DNA of 64,000 nt, from NCBI GenBank assembly GCA_051546255.1, contig CP128819.1, forward strand, positions 186,001-250,000, written 5' to 3'. Origin of the DNA: Meyerozyma guilliermondii (lineage: Eukaryota). The notes under the pieces are model-generated. The model ran no database searches. It saw only the letters and a program-made list of their open reading frames with translations, and was not told the DNA's origin. Position 1 is the stretch's first letter; each line of letters begins with the position of its first letter. The position numbers were made by a program, and so were the translations under genes. Positions 20,803 through 31,264 of this stretch are shown one piece after another.

Positions 20803-22110
20803 ATGAACAGGCCCCAGTCTCCAGATATCTACCATCAGGTACGATTGGCGGCGGCTAATCATAGAGCATCTCATGTATCTCTACAACTGATGGAACTTCG
20901 TTGTCATCAAAACACGGTGGACGAATATCAAGCCGAAGTTTTGGAACATCTTTTACATATCGAGTCGTCGGCACTTCCCAATCTTTCCTTGATACAACAG
21001 CAGCCGGAGATGAACTTGAAAATGCGTCCGCTTTTGTTGGACTTTCTAATGGACGTGGTCAATAAACTTAGCTTGAGTAAGTCCACGTTTCCGTTGACGG
21101 TCAATTTGATCGACCGGTACTGTCTGACCAGAATCGTGAAAAAATCACATTACCAACTATTGGGGCTCACTGCCCTCTGGGTGGCGTGCAAGAATCTCGA
21201 TTCCAAACAGAAAATCCCATCGTTGGATGACTTGTGTAAGATGTGCTGCAACTGCTACCAAAAACGGCTTTTCTTGGAAATGGAAAAACACTTGTTGAAG
21301 TCGCTCGATTGGAACGTGTCATATCCCACGTTCGACGCCTTCATCGACCTCTACATCACCTGTGCCATGCCGGACTTAGCTGGTTCTAAGTTCCACTTGA
21401 ATGATATCAAGGTGGTTTCCGTGTACATTTGCGAGCTTGTTCAATTCTACCCCAACACATATTTCAACTATTTGGCGCTGCAAGCGTCGCTCGCTGCGTT
21501 CCTCACCGCCATACTAATCTTGAGGCTTCCCGTCAACGTTGCCCAGGTGTTGAATCGCATCAATCTGCATCATTCTACTATTCTTGCATTCACCCAATAT
21601 CAACTGCTTTTCCAGCAGCTTCTCAAAATCCTCAAGTGTCCTCCGCCATCGTTGAAATCCAAATACTTCAATGAACTGAGTCGATTCATTGGATTGATGA
21701 GACTATTAATTGCATTTACCAACGAAAACACCGAGCCCGTTACTCCCAAAAATTCTTCCCTGGTAAGACCCTCACATAACGGCCGCCTTCCTCCGACCCC
21801 TGTGTCGAGCAATATCAGTCCTCGGGCTCCCGTCAAGCACGATTTTGTCATGGCCCAGGGCCCCGTGCATTCTCCTTATTTACCCTCTCCCAATCTTCCC
21901 AGTCCTAATGTTTCTCCTCAGCAATATGAACATGCTTTCTTCCGCCCGCCTACAGTTAGCGACGTGGATGTTTCACGAGAACTGAGCACTCTCAGTCTCA
22001 ATCTGCGGAAAAGAAGTCATCAATTATTGGTGGAGGAAAATGTGGATCTGGTTTCCGAAGACACTCTTAAGAGAACCCGGTCCACCAGGCCTGTATTCTT
22101 TATATCTTAG
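20803..22110 (+). CDS. CLN3: G1 cyclin
   Basis: SPDxxHQVR start, QQPE..MRPLLLDFLM cyclin box, IDRYC(S)TRIVKK, PEST-like tail; matches Candida Cln3. Confidence 0.9.
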   Translation: MNRPQSPDIYHQVRLAAANHRASHVSLQLMELRCHQNTVDEYQAEVLEHLLHIESSALPNLSLIQQQPEMNLKMRPLLLDFLMDVVNKLSLSKSTFPLTVNLIDRYCLTRIVKKSHYQLLGLTALWVACKNLDSKQKIPSLDDLCKMCCNCYQKRLFLEMEKHLLKSLDWNVSYPTFDAFIDLYITCAMPDLAGSKFHLNDIKVVSVYICELVQFYPNTYFNYLALQASLAAFLTAILILRLPVNVAQVLNRINLHHSTILAFTQYQLLFQQLLKILKCPPPSLKSKYFNELSRFIGLMRLLIAFTNENTEPVTPKNSSLVRPSHNGRLPPTPVSSNISPRAPVKHDFVMAQGPVHSPYLPSPNLPSPNVSPQQYEHAFFRPPTVSDVDVSRELSTLSLNLRKRSHQLLVEENVDLVSEDTLKRTRSTRPVFFIS

Positions 22111-22739
22111 CATCTGCCGGCAGTAGCTACAATAGAACACACTAGTAGAAATAAAGAAAAGAAATTGAAGAATTGAAGAACCATTTGCTACAGAATTCTG
22201 TAAAAGTGAATTTGAAATGTCTGAAATATTTTAGATTTTTAGCGAGACCAAGTGAATGTTCAGTGCACTTTAGCGAAATTTTAAGGCAATTGGAGTAAGT
22301 CGTAGCGACCACGAAAATGAATATCTCACTATTCCACACTTCACTTCACTATTCACTATTCACTATTCCCATATTCTCCACAATTCGCAATTCACATTTC
22401 TATTCCTTCTCCACACTTATTTGTCAGTTTTAGTAAATCTCTCTAATTTGAGCAATATTCAAACCCCTCAACCGTCTCGTCTAGCTGCATCGTCTCGCCA
22501 GGCGCTGATCATCGATCGCCGGTCGGACTACGCACTCTATTGTTCAAGTAGACGCAGGTGTTTAAAAGGTAGGAAAATGCCCCTATTGGGCAGCAGCCGA
22601 GTAACAATGTGCATTAGCAACCATATCAATGGCCTCAGGAATCAGGATTTATGTCGGCGATTGTTCGTGGTTGTTCCCCATATATTTCCTAATTGGTAAA
22701 TTGCGATGCCGTTGAAATTTGCATAGCGGACAATTAACA

Positions 22740-24203
22740 ATGGACACACTCAAGAGGAGAAAACAGGCTCTGCAGGAGGTGGCGACGATCTCTGGGCCAT
22801 GTGACCCACAGGGGTTGTTTTCCGGCTATGTTGTACGACGGGAGCCTGTCAAGTTTAGTGGGGTTGAATGTGAGGTGGAAAGTGAAAAATTTCAGGTTGA
22901 TAAAATAGTCGATTATTTGGGGTATGACGGACCTCTCAAGGTGGAGCGCCGGGATGCCCACGGGTTTGGGGGTGGACGGGAAAGACAGGAGATGTTTTTG
23001 GGGGAATTGGTGGAAAAGTTGAAAGCCGACGACAGCTATTACTTGACGACGCAGTATGAAAGGGAGGAAAATCAGGAAGGGGAAATGGAAAATCAACAGG
23101 AAAGCGAAGAAGAAAGTGAAGATGAGAGTGAAGATGAGGAAGAAAGTGAGGAGGAAATTGAGGCTGGAGTCAATGGAGAAAGTAAACTTAATGTCACAAA
23201 GTCTGAATTGTCTGGATTGAAGTCTGAGTTCACTGAGCCTGACGGCTCCGATAACGAAAGTGACAGCTCATTTTCCGGCTCATTCTCGGGCTCCGTCGAC
23301 GACTACATCGACCTTTCTCCCGAAGAAATCCACTACAGAGTCAAAGAACTTTTTCAGCCTCCGCTCACTCCTCAGAAACTTCCCATTTCTCCATCGTTGT
23401 TTCCCACACTTATTCCCCAACAGATCAACCTTTGGATGGGCCGGTGCAACAAGCGAGAACAACCCTTCAAGCTCAACGAGTCCCTACCTGATTTGGGCTT
23501 GGGTAGGTATGTTCCCAATGGACAGTCGTCTGGTCTTCACCATGACCATGCTGACAATCTCTACATTCTCGTTTCTGGTCGCAAAAGATTCACGATTTTC
23601 CCTCCAGCTTCGGGCCCCAGTCTTGCCACCGTGGGAACTATAAGAAAAATCTACGATAGCGGCATCATCGACTACGAACACGACAAAAATGCTCCACTTT
23701 GGAGACACATTCGAGACGACGGAGCATTAGAAACGGAAGTTTTACGGTGGAAAAGTGACCGCCGGGAGAAGATAGACGAGTCTGTGATACTTGAGGAGGA
23801 GGAGAGACTAAACCAAACAAAAGACTCTTCGAATTCCTCGAGTTCTTCACCCCCGTCGTTCAGCACCATTCCTCCCGCACTTTTACACATTGATGAATTT
23901 GACGAAAAAATTCAAAAACGTCTCGCGGATTTCGCGAACAAAACCTACCCCGAACTACTCACCACCTCTCGCTACACAGTATGGCTACAAAAGGGAGATA
24001 TGCTTTATCTTCCCGCAGGCTGGTTTCATGAAGTTACCAGTTTTGGTGATAATGACGATAATATTCACATTGCCATCAATTATTGGTTTGCACCTCCCAA
24101 TGCTCATAGCTTCGAAGCCCCATACAAGGACAATTACTGGCTGAGCGATTTTGCACGGACTCGAGAGGCAGTTAGTGAATGGAAAATAAATCAGAAATCC
24201 TGA
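22740..24203 (+). CDS. JmjC/cupin-8 domain 2-oxoglutarate oxygenase
   Basis: NLWMG, LHHDHADN (HxD), YLPAGWFHEV and INYWF motifs, acidic insert. Confidence 0.85.
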   Translation: MDTLKRRKQALQEVATISGPCDPQGLFSGYVVRREPVKFSGVECEVESEKFQVDKIVDYLGYDGPLKVERRDAHGFGGGRERQEMFLGELVEKLKADDSYYLTTQYEREENQEGEMENQQESEEESEDESEDEEESEEEIEAGVNGESKLNVTKSELSGLKSEFTEPDGSDNESDSSFSGSFSGSVDDYIDLSPEEIHYRVKELFQPPLTPQKLPISPSLFPTLIPQQINLWMGRCNKREQPFKLNESLPDLGLGRYVPNGQSSGLHHDHADNLYILVSGRKRFTIFPPASGPSLATVGTIRKIYDSGIIDYEHDKNAPLWRHIRDDGALETEVLRWKSDRREKIDESVILEEEERLNQTKDSSNSSSSSPPSFSTIPPALLHIDEFDEKIQKRLADFANKTYPELLTTSRYTVWLQKGDMLYLPAGWFHEVTSFGDNDDNIHIAINYWFAPPNAHSFEAPYKDNYWLSDFARTREAVSEWKINQKS

Positions 24204-25530
24204 AAACCGCTTTGCAACCCCCCTGTGGCGCGCCGCACGCGCCGCACGCACAGCTACCCCTGTTCACTTGCCTCACCGGCCCACTTTCCATCCCGCATAT
24301 GCACAATCCAAGTTTGGTTCGGGTTACATCGACGCATGCGAAGCATTCCAGGTCTGGCCACCCTTGAATTATACTTTAGGACGCACAGTGATGCAGGCGA
24401 TTCCACAACCCAATGCATAGAACTTGAAATTCTTCGCTTCCATGCAGTGCCACCCCAACTAATTCAATACACCTTTTTCACTGCCTATAACTTCAATGCA
24501 CAATTACCTCGCCCAATTAACCTGCCATTGTCTGTCCTCCTCCATTGTATGCGCATCACATCAAAAACGTTTTGCAGCCAAAAACCAGGGCTCGGCCCTG
24601 GCACGTGACTCGTCTCTAATCTAACCGAAAGGCTGCAAAATTCGTTGATTTTGTGTCACTTTCGCCGCAATTAGCGCCGCAGGGCTGCAGCCCCTACCTG
24701 TGGTTGCAAAGTGAAGGTTGGCAGCAAAAGAGAAGAAATTCGTACAAAAAAACGTCCAGATAGTATCATCTACTACAAGGCTAGCTCCTCGTAAACTTTG
24801 GGCTCTTAATTCCCATTTTTCATACTTTTCATTTTGTAGATTTCTTATCGGATCATTCGCAGCCTATGAAATGTGTGCATGATGATAACCACCAAAAGGC
24901 CCTAAAACGGACCGAAAACCACCCAAACCAGTTCTAATGCAACCACAGACCTGACTAGGATGCTTAACTGATCAATTAGACTGCCCTGAAGCAGTTTATT
25001 CTGTTTGGTTTTTTCACTATCAATGTACTGCACATAGTTGAGCCCGAGGAAATCCTTCTTTCTCCCAATAAATCACCACCAATGGTCTCAAATCCGTTTC
25101 TGGCACCCATAAGCTTCCCCAGACCACTTCCTTCTTCCCAATAAACTCCATAGTCATTTCCAATTTCCGTTTTTTTCACTTGCTTTCCCATGCGTCTTCA
25201 GGGTTACCCCCACATTGAGATGCGAAAGAAAACAGATTTTTTCGCTCTCCTTTTATCTATACTATAGCTAGTAGCTACCATTGGAGATAGTATGTTGACC
25301 ACCAAAAAGCAACCCCGATCCCCCAAATGTGCTCTGTACTAATCCAGGATATTCTCCGCAGGCGCTTTTTGCACTTGAAACTTTTTTTTTATTCAAATAG
25401 TCTTCTGGGTTGGGTACTAGGTTTTAACTAATCTAGTATTAAAAAGTCGAAGCCCTGAACCAAGTTCAGCCTTCCCAGATTCTATGAAATATTAAGTCAT
25501 CCCTTTGAAGTTTATTTTTGTTCTCATATA

Positions 25531-26781
25531 ATGGCTTTGGCTGATAGAAGACCCGTTGGTTTTCCAGTAGGACATGCTCCTGTGTCTCCGTCGTATTCCC
25601 CCAAACACGACAGCATTTCGTCGTCATCCTCGTTTGCCTCCGAGCTGTCTCCCACCCTGAGAAGTATCTCTCCTGATACTTTGGCTGGCGACACTCTTCA
25701 CCGCAAAAATACAACCTCCACTACCCTCACGTCGACTTCGTCCCGTGGTTCGACTCCGACACCAGCAGCTGCGGCCATTGGCTCCCTACACAAGAAACCT
25801 AAACCCCCCTCGCGTGCGCCCATTGCAACTGGTATTTCCACAACCATTCCCGTCACCGGTGAAAAACCCAAACCGGACCAGTCCGCCGACCCTTCGTTAG
25901 AAGACGATGTTTTGTTTGCAATTTTTCTTATTTTGTACGAGCACGATCCCGAAGGCGAAGGCATGACGGTGAAGCAAATTTGTGACGTTTTGGTGCAAAG
26001 ACATCCAGAAATGGCGAATCTTTCAACTAAAACTTCAAATTTGGTGAGTGCCAAATTAAATGCGTATGTTAAAAGAGTTGAAAAGGGTGATTCTAATCTT
26101 AAATATGCCTTGTCAAGAGACTGGGCCGATGCTTCTCCCAAGAGAATGGTGTATGTGTACCGTGGAATTCTCACAAAAGATTTTCACTTACATGTTAAAG
26201 ACCACCCTCAAAAGCTGTCCTCTCCTACAGATTCCCTTCCAGAATCTTCTTCTTTACCAGCTGACTACCCTAAGCAAAGAAGGCTGACCATGTACGATTT
26301 GGGTGTCTCCAGACCAGCGTTTCTCGAATCTCTGGCCGATAAGGCATCTCAATTGTTTGTACCTTATTCATCAGCTCCTGTCACTGCTTCCTTAAACAAC
26401 GTTGACGCCCAGGAGGCTGACAATGACAAGGAAATGATCGACTCGGACGGTGATTTGGAAGATTTGGAAGTGTTCAATGACCCAGAACTGGGGTTTGAAA
26501 TTCAAACTGCGTACAAGAATGGAAAGCGGTCAAAGTCACTTTCTTTTCTCCAATCGAAAAAGACAAAAATATTGACTGCTGCTGCTGCTGCTCCTCGTGC
26601 TCCTAGAGCTCCATGCTCCCACAGTCCCAATGCGGCGGCTGCTGCTGCTGCGTTACACGCTGCTGCGGTTAAAGCCATTTCTTCAATTCCAAAATCGTCT
26701 CATTGCTGCGAAAAATGGTTGGACGATGTTGGAGCTCCCGAGGATATCAGTCTTTCAGATTTGGACAAATTCTTTGCTTAG
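25531..26781 (+). CDS. GDS1: Gds1 winged-helix protein
   Basis: ISTTIPVTGEKP, LEDDVLFAIF, MTVKQICD, SNLVSAKLNAYVK motifs. Confidence 0.85.
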   Translation: MALADRRPVGFPVGHAPVSPSYSPKHDSISSSSSFASELSPTLRSISPDTLAGDTLHRKNTTSTTLTSTSSRGSTPTPAAAAIGSLHKKPKPPSRAPIATGISTTIPVTGEKPKPDQSADPSLEDDVLFAIFLILYEHDPEGEGMTVKQICDVLVQRHPEMANLSTKTSNLVSAKLNAYVKRVEKGDSNLKYALSRDWADASPKRMVYVYRGILTKDFHLHVKDHPQKLSSPTDSLPESSSLPADYPKQRRLTMYDLGVSRPAFLESLADKASQLFVPYSSAPVTASLNNVDAQEADNDKEMIDSDGDLEDLEVFNDPELGFEIQTAYKNGKRSKSLSFLQSKKTKILTAAAAAPRAPRAPCSHSPNAAAAAAALHAAAVKAISSIPKSSHCCEKWLDDVGAPEDISLSDLDKFFA

Positions 26782-27061
26782 TTTAATTCTCGTGTATAAT
26801 ATAAGATTCGTGGCATGGTCCGCCTGCTGCCAATTCCAAGGTGTAGAATAGAAAAATTAGAAGAATTTTAAAATGATTTTCACCATTAGCAATTTGAAAG
26901 AGAACCGAATGATCATTGGTGCTTTCTCTTACTTTAATGTATTAGGCTTAAAAATAGGTTGGTCCATTAAATGATAACTGTATTCACTCGAATCCACTTG
27001 GTTATATAGTTGTATTTGGTCGAATCTGATCCTATTGCCCATCATTACATGATGGGCATGT

Positions 27062-28876
27062 TCATGTCAATGAATACTTGGGTCCCCCACCCCCTTCAGG
27101 AACCTGCCAATCGATGTCTTGAGTGGGAACCTTGATGTCACAAGTTTTACAATGAATGCAATTTTGAGCATTGATGTTGAATTTCACCCCAAGATCCTTG
27201 CTCTCGTCTTCCACGTACTCGTAGACTCCAGCAGGACAGAACCGGTTCTCTACTCCCTTGTAGACGGGATAGCTGATTTTAGCGTGTGCATCGTAATCTT
27301 GGTTTGGAATTCGAAGATGGCACCGTTCATCTTCATCGTGATAAGTACCAGTTCTTGACACTGATGTCATGATGTCAAAAGTGAGTTCGTTATCTGGTTT
27401 TGGGTACTCCTTGGGAGTAAACTGAGAAGCAGGTTTGGTGGCCTCGGCGTCCGTGTGAGGATGATGAAGGGTCCAAGGTTCAATTCCATTGAAGAAAGTA
27501 GATATTCCAGAATGAGCCAAACCAGGTAACAAACCAAACTGGAACGAAGGACGAACGTTACGAATGGCTTTGAGTTCGTCGTAAACCCAAGAAGATTCGT
27601 ATGCTTCCTGGTATGATTTCAACAATATGGGTTCTGAATCTTCTTCGGATCTCTTTGAAACTGCGTCGTAAATGCTTTCAGCAGCAAGCATACCAGTTTT
27701 CATAGCTGTGTGTGTACCCTTGATTTTTGGAACATTGACAAACCCAGCTGAACAGCCCACTAATGCTCCACCAGGGAAGTATAATTGAGGCACACTTTGT
27801 AAACCTCCCTCATTTAATGCTCTAGCAGCATAGGAAATACATTTTCCTCCTCTCAAAACATTGGCATAGTAAGGATGGAGCTTCATCTTTTGAAATTCTT
27901 GGTATGGAGACACATATGGGTTGGCATAATCCAATCCAATAACGAGACCTACCGACACTAGTCCATCCCCAAAGTGGTACATAAATCCACCTCCATATTC
28001 CAGCAGTAAAGGAAAGCCCATGGTGTGACCAACGTAGCCTTTTTCAAAGTTTTCGGGCAAAACTTCCCACACCTCTTTTATACCAAGACCATAAGTTTGA
28101 GGATCACTTTGATCACGAAGACCAAACTTGGCGATGGCTCTTTTCGTCAATGATCCATGACAGCCTTCTGCTAGCACAGTAGCACCAGCATGGAACTCCA
28201 TTCCTCTTTCAAACGAATCTTTTGGCACTCCATCTTTGCCAACTCCCATGTCTTGAGTAGCGACTCCTTTGACGGAGCCATCGTCATTATATACAAGTTC
28301 GCTAACAGAAATCCCGGGATACAACTCGACCCCGAGTTCTTCAGCCTTTTCAGCAAGGTACTTCACCACTTCACTAAGTGAAACAATGTAATTTTTACCA
28401 GCATTTTTCATCTGAGGTGGTTCTGGAAGAGGAAATGCGTACTCTTCAGTGAGAAATTGCATAGAATCTTTCGTCACCAACGTGGTCAAGTCATTAGGGA
28501 GCACCTCTGCTTCATCGGGAAAGAGTTCTTGTAACGATCTAGGTTCAATAACAGCCCCACTGACGGTGTGAGCTCCAAAATCACCAGCTTTTTCCAACAC
28601 CACAACACGATATTGATCTTCAGTGTCCAATTGTTTGAATTTTATTGCCGTAGCAAGACCCGCTGGGCCCCCGCCAACGATACAGACGTCTACCTCATCA
28701 GCCTCGCGGTCCAGAGTCAAAATTTCTTGATTTTCTTGAGAAAGTTGTGAGAACAAAACCTGGTTTTTTGGTGTATTGGAATGGAACAAAGCAACGGGAG
28801 CACGCCATTGTGGCCATCGCCCACGAAATACACTATTCACCCGCTGGCGGATTACAGGACGTAATATGTTCCACAT
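27062..28876 (-). CDS. CIR2: ETF-ubiquinone oxidoreductase
   Basis: GGGPAG FAD motif, KIKGTHTAMKTG, FCPAGVYE, NCIHCKTCDIK Fe-S motif. Confidence 0.95.
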   Translation of the reverse strand: MWNILRPVIRQRVNSVFRGRWPQWRAPVALFHSNTPKNQVLFSQLSQENQEILTLDREADEVDVCIVGGGPAGLATAIKFKQLDTEDQYRVVVLEKAGDFGAHTVSGAVIEPRSLQELFPDEAEVLPNDLTTLVTKDSMQFLTEEYAFPLPEPPQMKNAGKNYIVSLSEVVKYLAEKAEELGVELYPGISVSELVYNDDGSVKGVATQDMGVGKDGVPKDSFERGMEFHAGATVLAEGCHGSLTKRAIAKFGLRDQSDPQTYGLGIKEVWEVLPENFEKGYVGHTMGFPLLLEYGGGFMYHFGDGLVSVGLVIGLDYANPYVSPYQEFQKMKLHPYYANVLRGGKCISYAARALNEGGLQSVPQLYFPGGALVGCSAGFVNVPKIKGTHTAMKTGMLAAESIYDAVSKRSEEDSEPILLKSYQEAYESSWVYDELKAIRNVRPSFQFGLLPGLAHSGISTFFNGIEPWTLHHPHTDAEATKPASQFTPKEYPKPDNELTFDIMTSVSRTGTYHDEDERCHLRIPNQDYDAHAKISYPVYKGVENRFCPAGVYEYVEDESKDLGVKFNINAQNCIHCKTCDIKVPTQDIDWQVPEGGGGPKYSLT

Positions 28877-28987
28877 TGGACGGAATAGTTGTGATCCAAT
28901 CAGAACAACGGTGAAGTAATGCGCGCGATGAGGTAGCTCTCAATGCTGGTGTGTGGCTGTGTTTCGTATATTCGAATCCTACTGGAT

Positions 28988-31144
28988 CTAACTTACCCAG
29001 ATGGTGATGGAGCCGCCGGTTTCCTCCACCATGTCGACCGCAATAGCCCAGTCTTCGTTCGAGTCCATCACCACGTAATCACCGTCTTCGTCTTTGTAGC
29101 GTAATCTTTGAACATCTCCGAGCCGATTTCCGATCTTTTGATAAACTTCCGGAAACGTAATTGAAGCCGGTAAAACCAACGTTCCGGCGTCGTTGTTCTG
29201 GTGTATGAGTTGTACCAACACTCTTCGTTGCATCATGGTGGTGGAAGATGAAGAATGGTGTCTGTTGCCTGGTGTACCGACAGTGCGGTCTGAGTTCATA
29301 GATAAGTTACCCAATGAATCTTGAGACCCTCTGAGCTTTCTGTGTATCTGAGCCATTTCGCTCTGCTTCAAGCCTCGCAAGCAGCTCTCCCACTGAGCGC
29401 GGGTCTCCTCTGTCTTGTATCTGAACGTGAACAGCCCACTTTCTTTCTTTCCCAGCCACGATATCACCAACGAGTTCCCAAGGGTGGAAATATTGTAGAT
29501 CTCCAGCACGTAGACTCTTCCAGAGAGCTCGAGCGGTCCGTCGGATGAAATCATATTGAGACTGGAAGAAGCTTTCGGGGTTTTGTTGCGGAAACCTGAT
29601 TTTTTTCGGGCTTCTTCAACAAAGAAGAAGATTGCCCTCTCGAATAAATATGCCAAAAACTCCTTCTCATCCTCGTCCTTCACCTTAACTCCAATTATGC
29701 CATGATGCAAAAGCTCTCCCATCTCTTTTACGTTGTATCCCTTCCAATTGACCACCCGTGTCTGAAGTTGATGGAGATAACCCACGTTTTCGGCCCGTCT
29801 CTGTGCCTCGTTCACTTTGTGTGCAACTTCCTTCATCGCTTCGAGAGCTAGCGTGAGTTCTTCGTAGCCTGGATTGAGAGTAGAGGTACTTTTAACGAGC
29901 TCTTTGAGTAGAAGTGGATACTTGCATAACCGCTGAACCGGTTTAAGGACATACGAGTGAAGCTCAAAGCCCGGGTCGATCAACGATGAGCTTTTCCGCA
30001 AGCTTGCACCCTCGCGATGAAGAAGTTCCACGGCGGCGGTTTGGCCGATTGTCCATGGTTCGTACGCTCTGAATGGACCGCGAGCTGCGTGGAGGAACGC
30101 CAGCCCAATTCGTTGGTACTTGTACGATATGCCGACATTACACTCCAAACCGTTCAAAAAACGTCGTTGGAAATCAGTTATGACGTCCAAATTGGGAAAC
30201 ATGATATCCAATTGTTCGGGCAGAACCGAGTCGGCAAGTCTCACTTCGTTCTTGTACTTGAGGAGGAGCTCGAGGTCGTCCAAGTACTTTCTCTCGGTAT
30301 AAACGAGCTCGTTGAACACCTTCGAAGCATCGGTTGAGCTGTGCTCGTCGTTGAGGGTAACCGTTGAATCCAAAGGAGAGGGTTCGAGATCAAAAGTCGG
30401 TCTTCCGCGATCGGACAACGAGAGCGACGACATGGCTGCCTCCGGAGTGTGCATTGGGACGTGGCCAGACGCCGAACGGGATGTCGGAGCCGAGCCAGGT
30501 TGAGAACTAGGAAGGGAGCCTGGGGTGGAGTTGGGTAGGGTTCCCCCATTATACGAGCTTGATTCCTCCTCGACGATATCGGCGCGCAGCGCTAGTTTCT
30601 CCACCACCAGCAATGTTTTGTTGAAATCGGTGCCGGAGTCGGAAAACACATTCAGAATCATCAACTCGTCTTCATATCCAAGGTGCATTTTCACCGCCAA
30701 CAAAAAGTCATAAACACTTTTCTTGCACACCCTCATATCATCGCTGCTCACCACCGCAATAGGGTGCTCGGGAGCCACCGCATTGAACAATAAACAAAGC
30801 GGGGCTCCAAGTTGAAATAATTTCCAAAGATGAGTAACCGGATCACTCGTCACCACCGCAGGTAAAACGCCCGCTATAAAGGTAGGGGTGTTTGCACTCA
30901 CCTCCTGCAGCTGTGAGAGTGCCAAAGCCTGCAGTTCTGCTGCCAGTTCTGCCAAATTTTGCGCTCTTTGAAGATATGGAGACATGCCGTGGATGCGCTC
31001 AAGTTTATTACGAAGCTTTACACATCGTTGATGAAAGTGCAGCTGAGCAGGAGCCTTGTTGAACCTCAGAAGTGGTCCCAGAGCCACCCTGGTGATCAGA
31101 GGAGTGCTGGCATTCAGCAAAGATCGTAGACTTCGGCCCTCCAT
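28988..31144 (-). CDS. CDC24: Cdc42 guanine-nucleotide exchange factor (CH-DH-PH-PB1)
   Basis: CKKSVYDF, TERKYxDDLE, LKPVQRLCKYPLLLKEL, PB1 YKDEDGDYV. Confidence 0.95.
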   Translation of the reverse strand: MEGRSLRSLLNASTPLITRVALGPLLRFNKAPAQLHFHQRCVKLRNKLERIHGMSPYLQRAQNLAELAAELQALALSQLQEVSANTPTFIAGVLPAVVTSDPVTHLWKLFQLGAPLCLLFNAVAPEHPIAVVSSDDMRVCKKSVYDFLLAVKMHLGYEDELMILNVFSDSGTDFNKTLLVVEKLALRADIVEEESSSYNGGTLPNSTPGSLPSSQPGSAPTSRSASGHVPMHTPEAAMSSLSLSDRGRPTFDLEPSPLDSTVTLNDEHSSTDASKVFNELVYTERKYLDDLELLLKYKNEVRLADSVLPEQLDIMFPNLDVITDFQRRFLNGLECNVGISYKYQRIGLAFLHAARGPFRAYEPWTIGQTAAVELLHREGASLRKSSSLIDPGFELHSYVLKPVQRLCKYPLLLKELVKSTSTLNPGYEELTLALEAMKEVAHKVNEAQRRAENVGYLHQLQTRVVNWKGYNVKEMGELLHHGIIGVKVKDEDEKEFLAYLFERAIFFFVEEARKKSGFRNKTPKASSSLNMISSDGPLELSGRVYVLEIYNISTLGNSLVISWLGKKESGLFTFRYKTEETRAQWESCLRGLKQSEMAQIHRKLRGSQDSLGNLSMNSDRTVGTPGNRHHSSSSTTMMQRRVLVQLIHQNNDAGTLVLPASITFPEVYQKIGNRLGDVQRLRYKDEDGDYVVMDSNEDWAIAVDMVEETGGSITIWVS

Positions 31145-31264
31145 CAATGCGTCGTCTGTGCGTTGTTGATTTTACCTGAAGCGCACTGCTTATGTCAGCG
31201 GCGAAAACGAGAAAAGTGCAGGAAAGACAGGAAGAATATAACTAAAACCTAAAAGAAATGTTCG

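Noticed and set aside
20803..22110. HGC1 hyphal cyclin
   Set aside because: Cyclin-box sequence matches Cln3, not Hgc1
25745..25762. GGTTCGA T-loop-like motifs (also at 12938 and 40836)
   Set aside because: No cloverleaf or A box; this one lies inside the GDS1 coding sequence; no tRNA called
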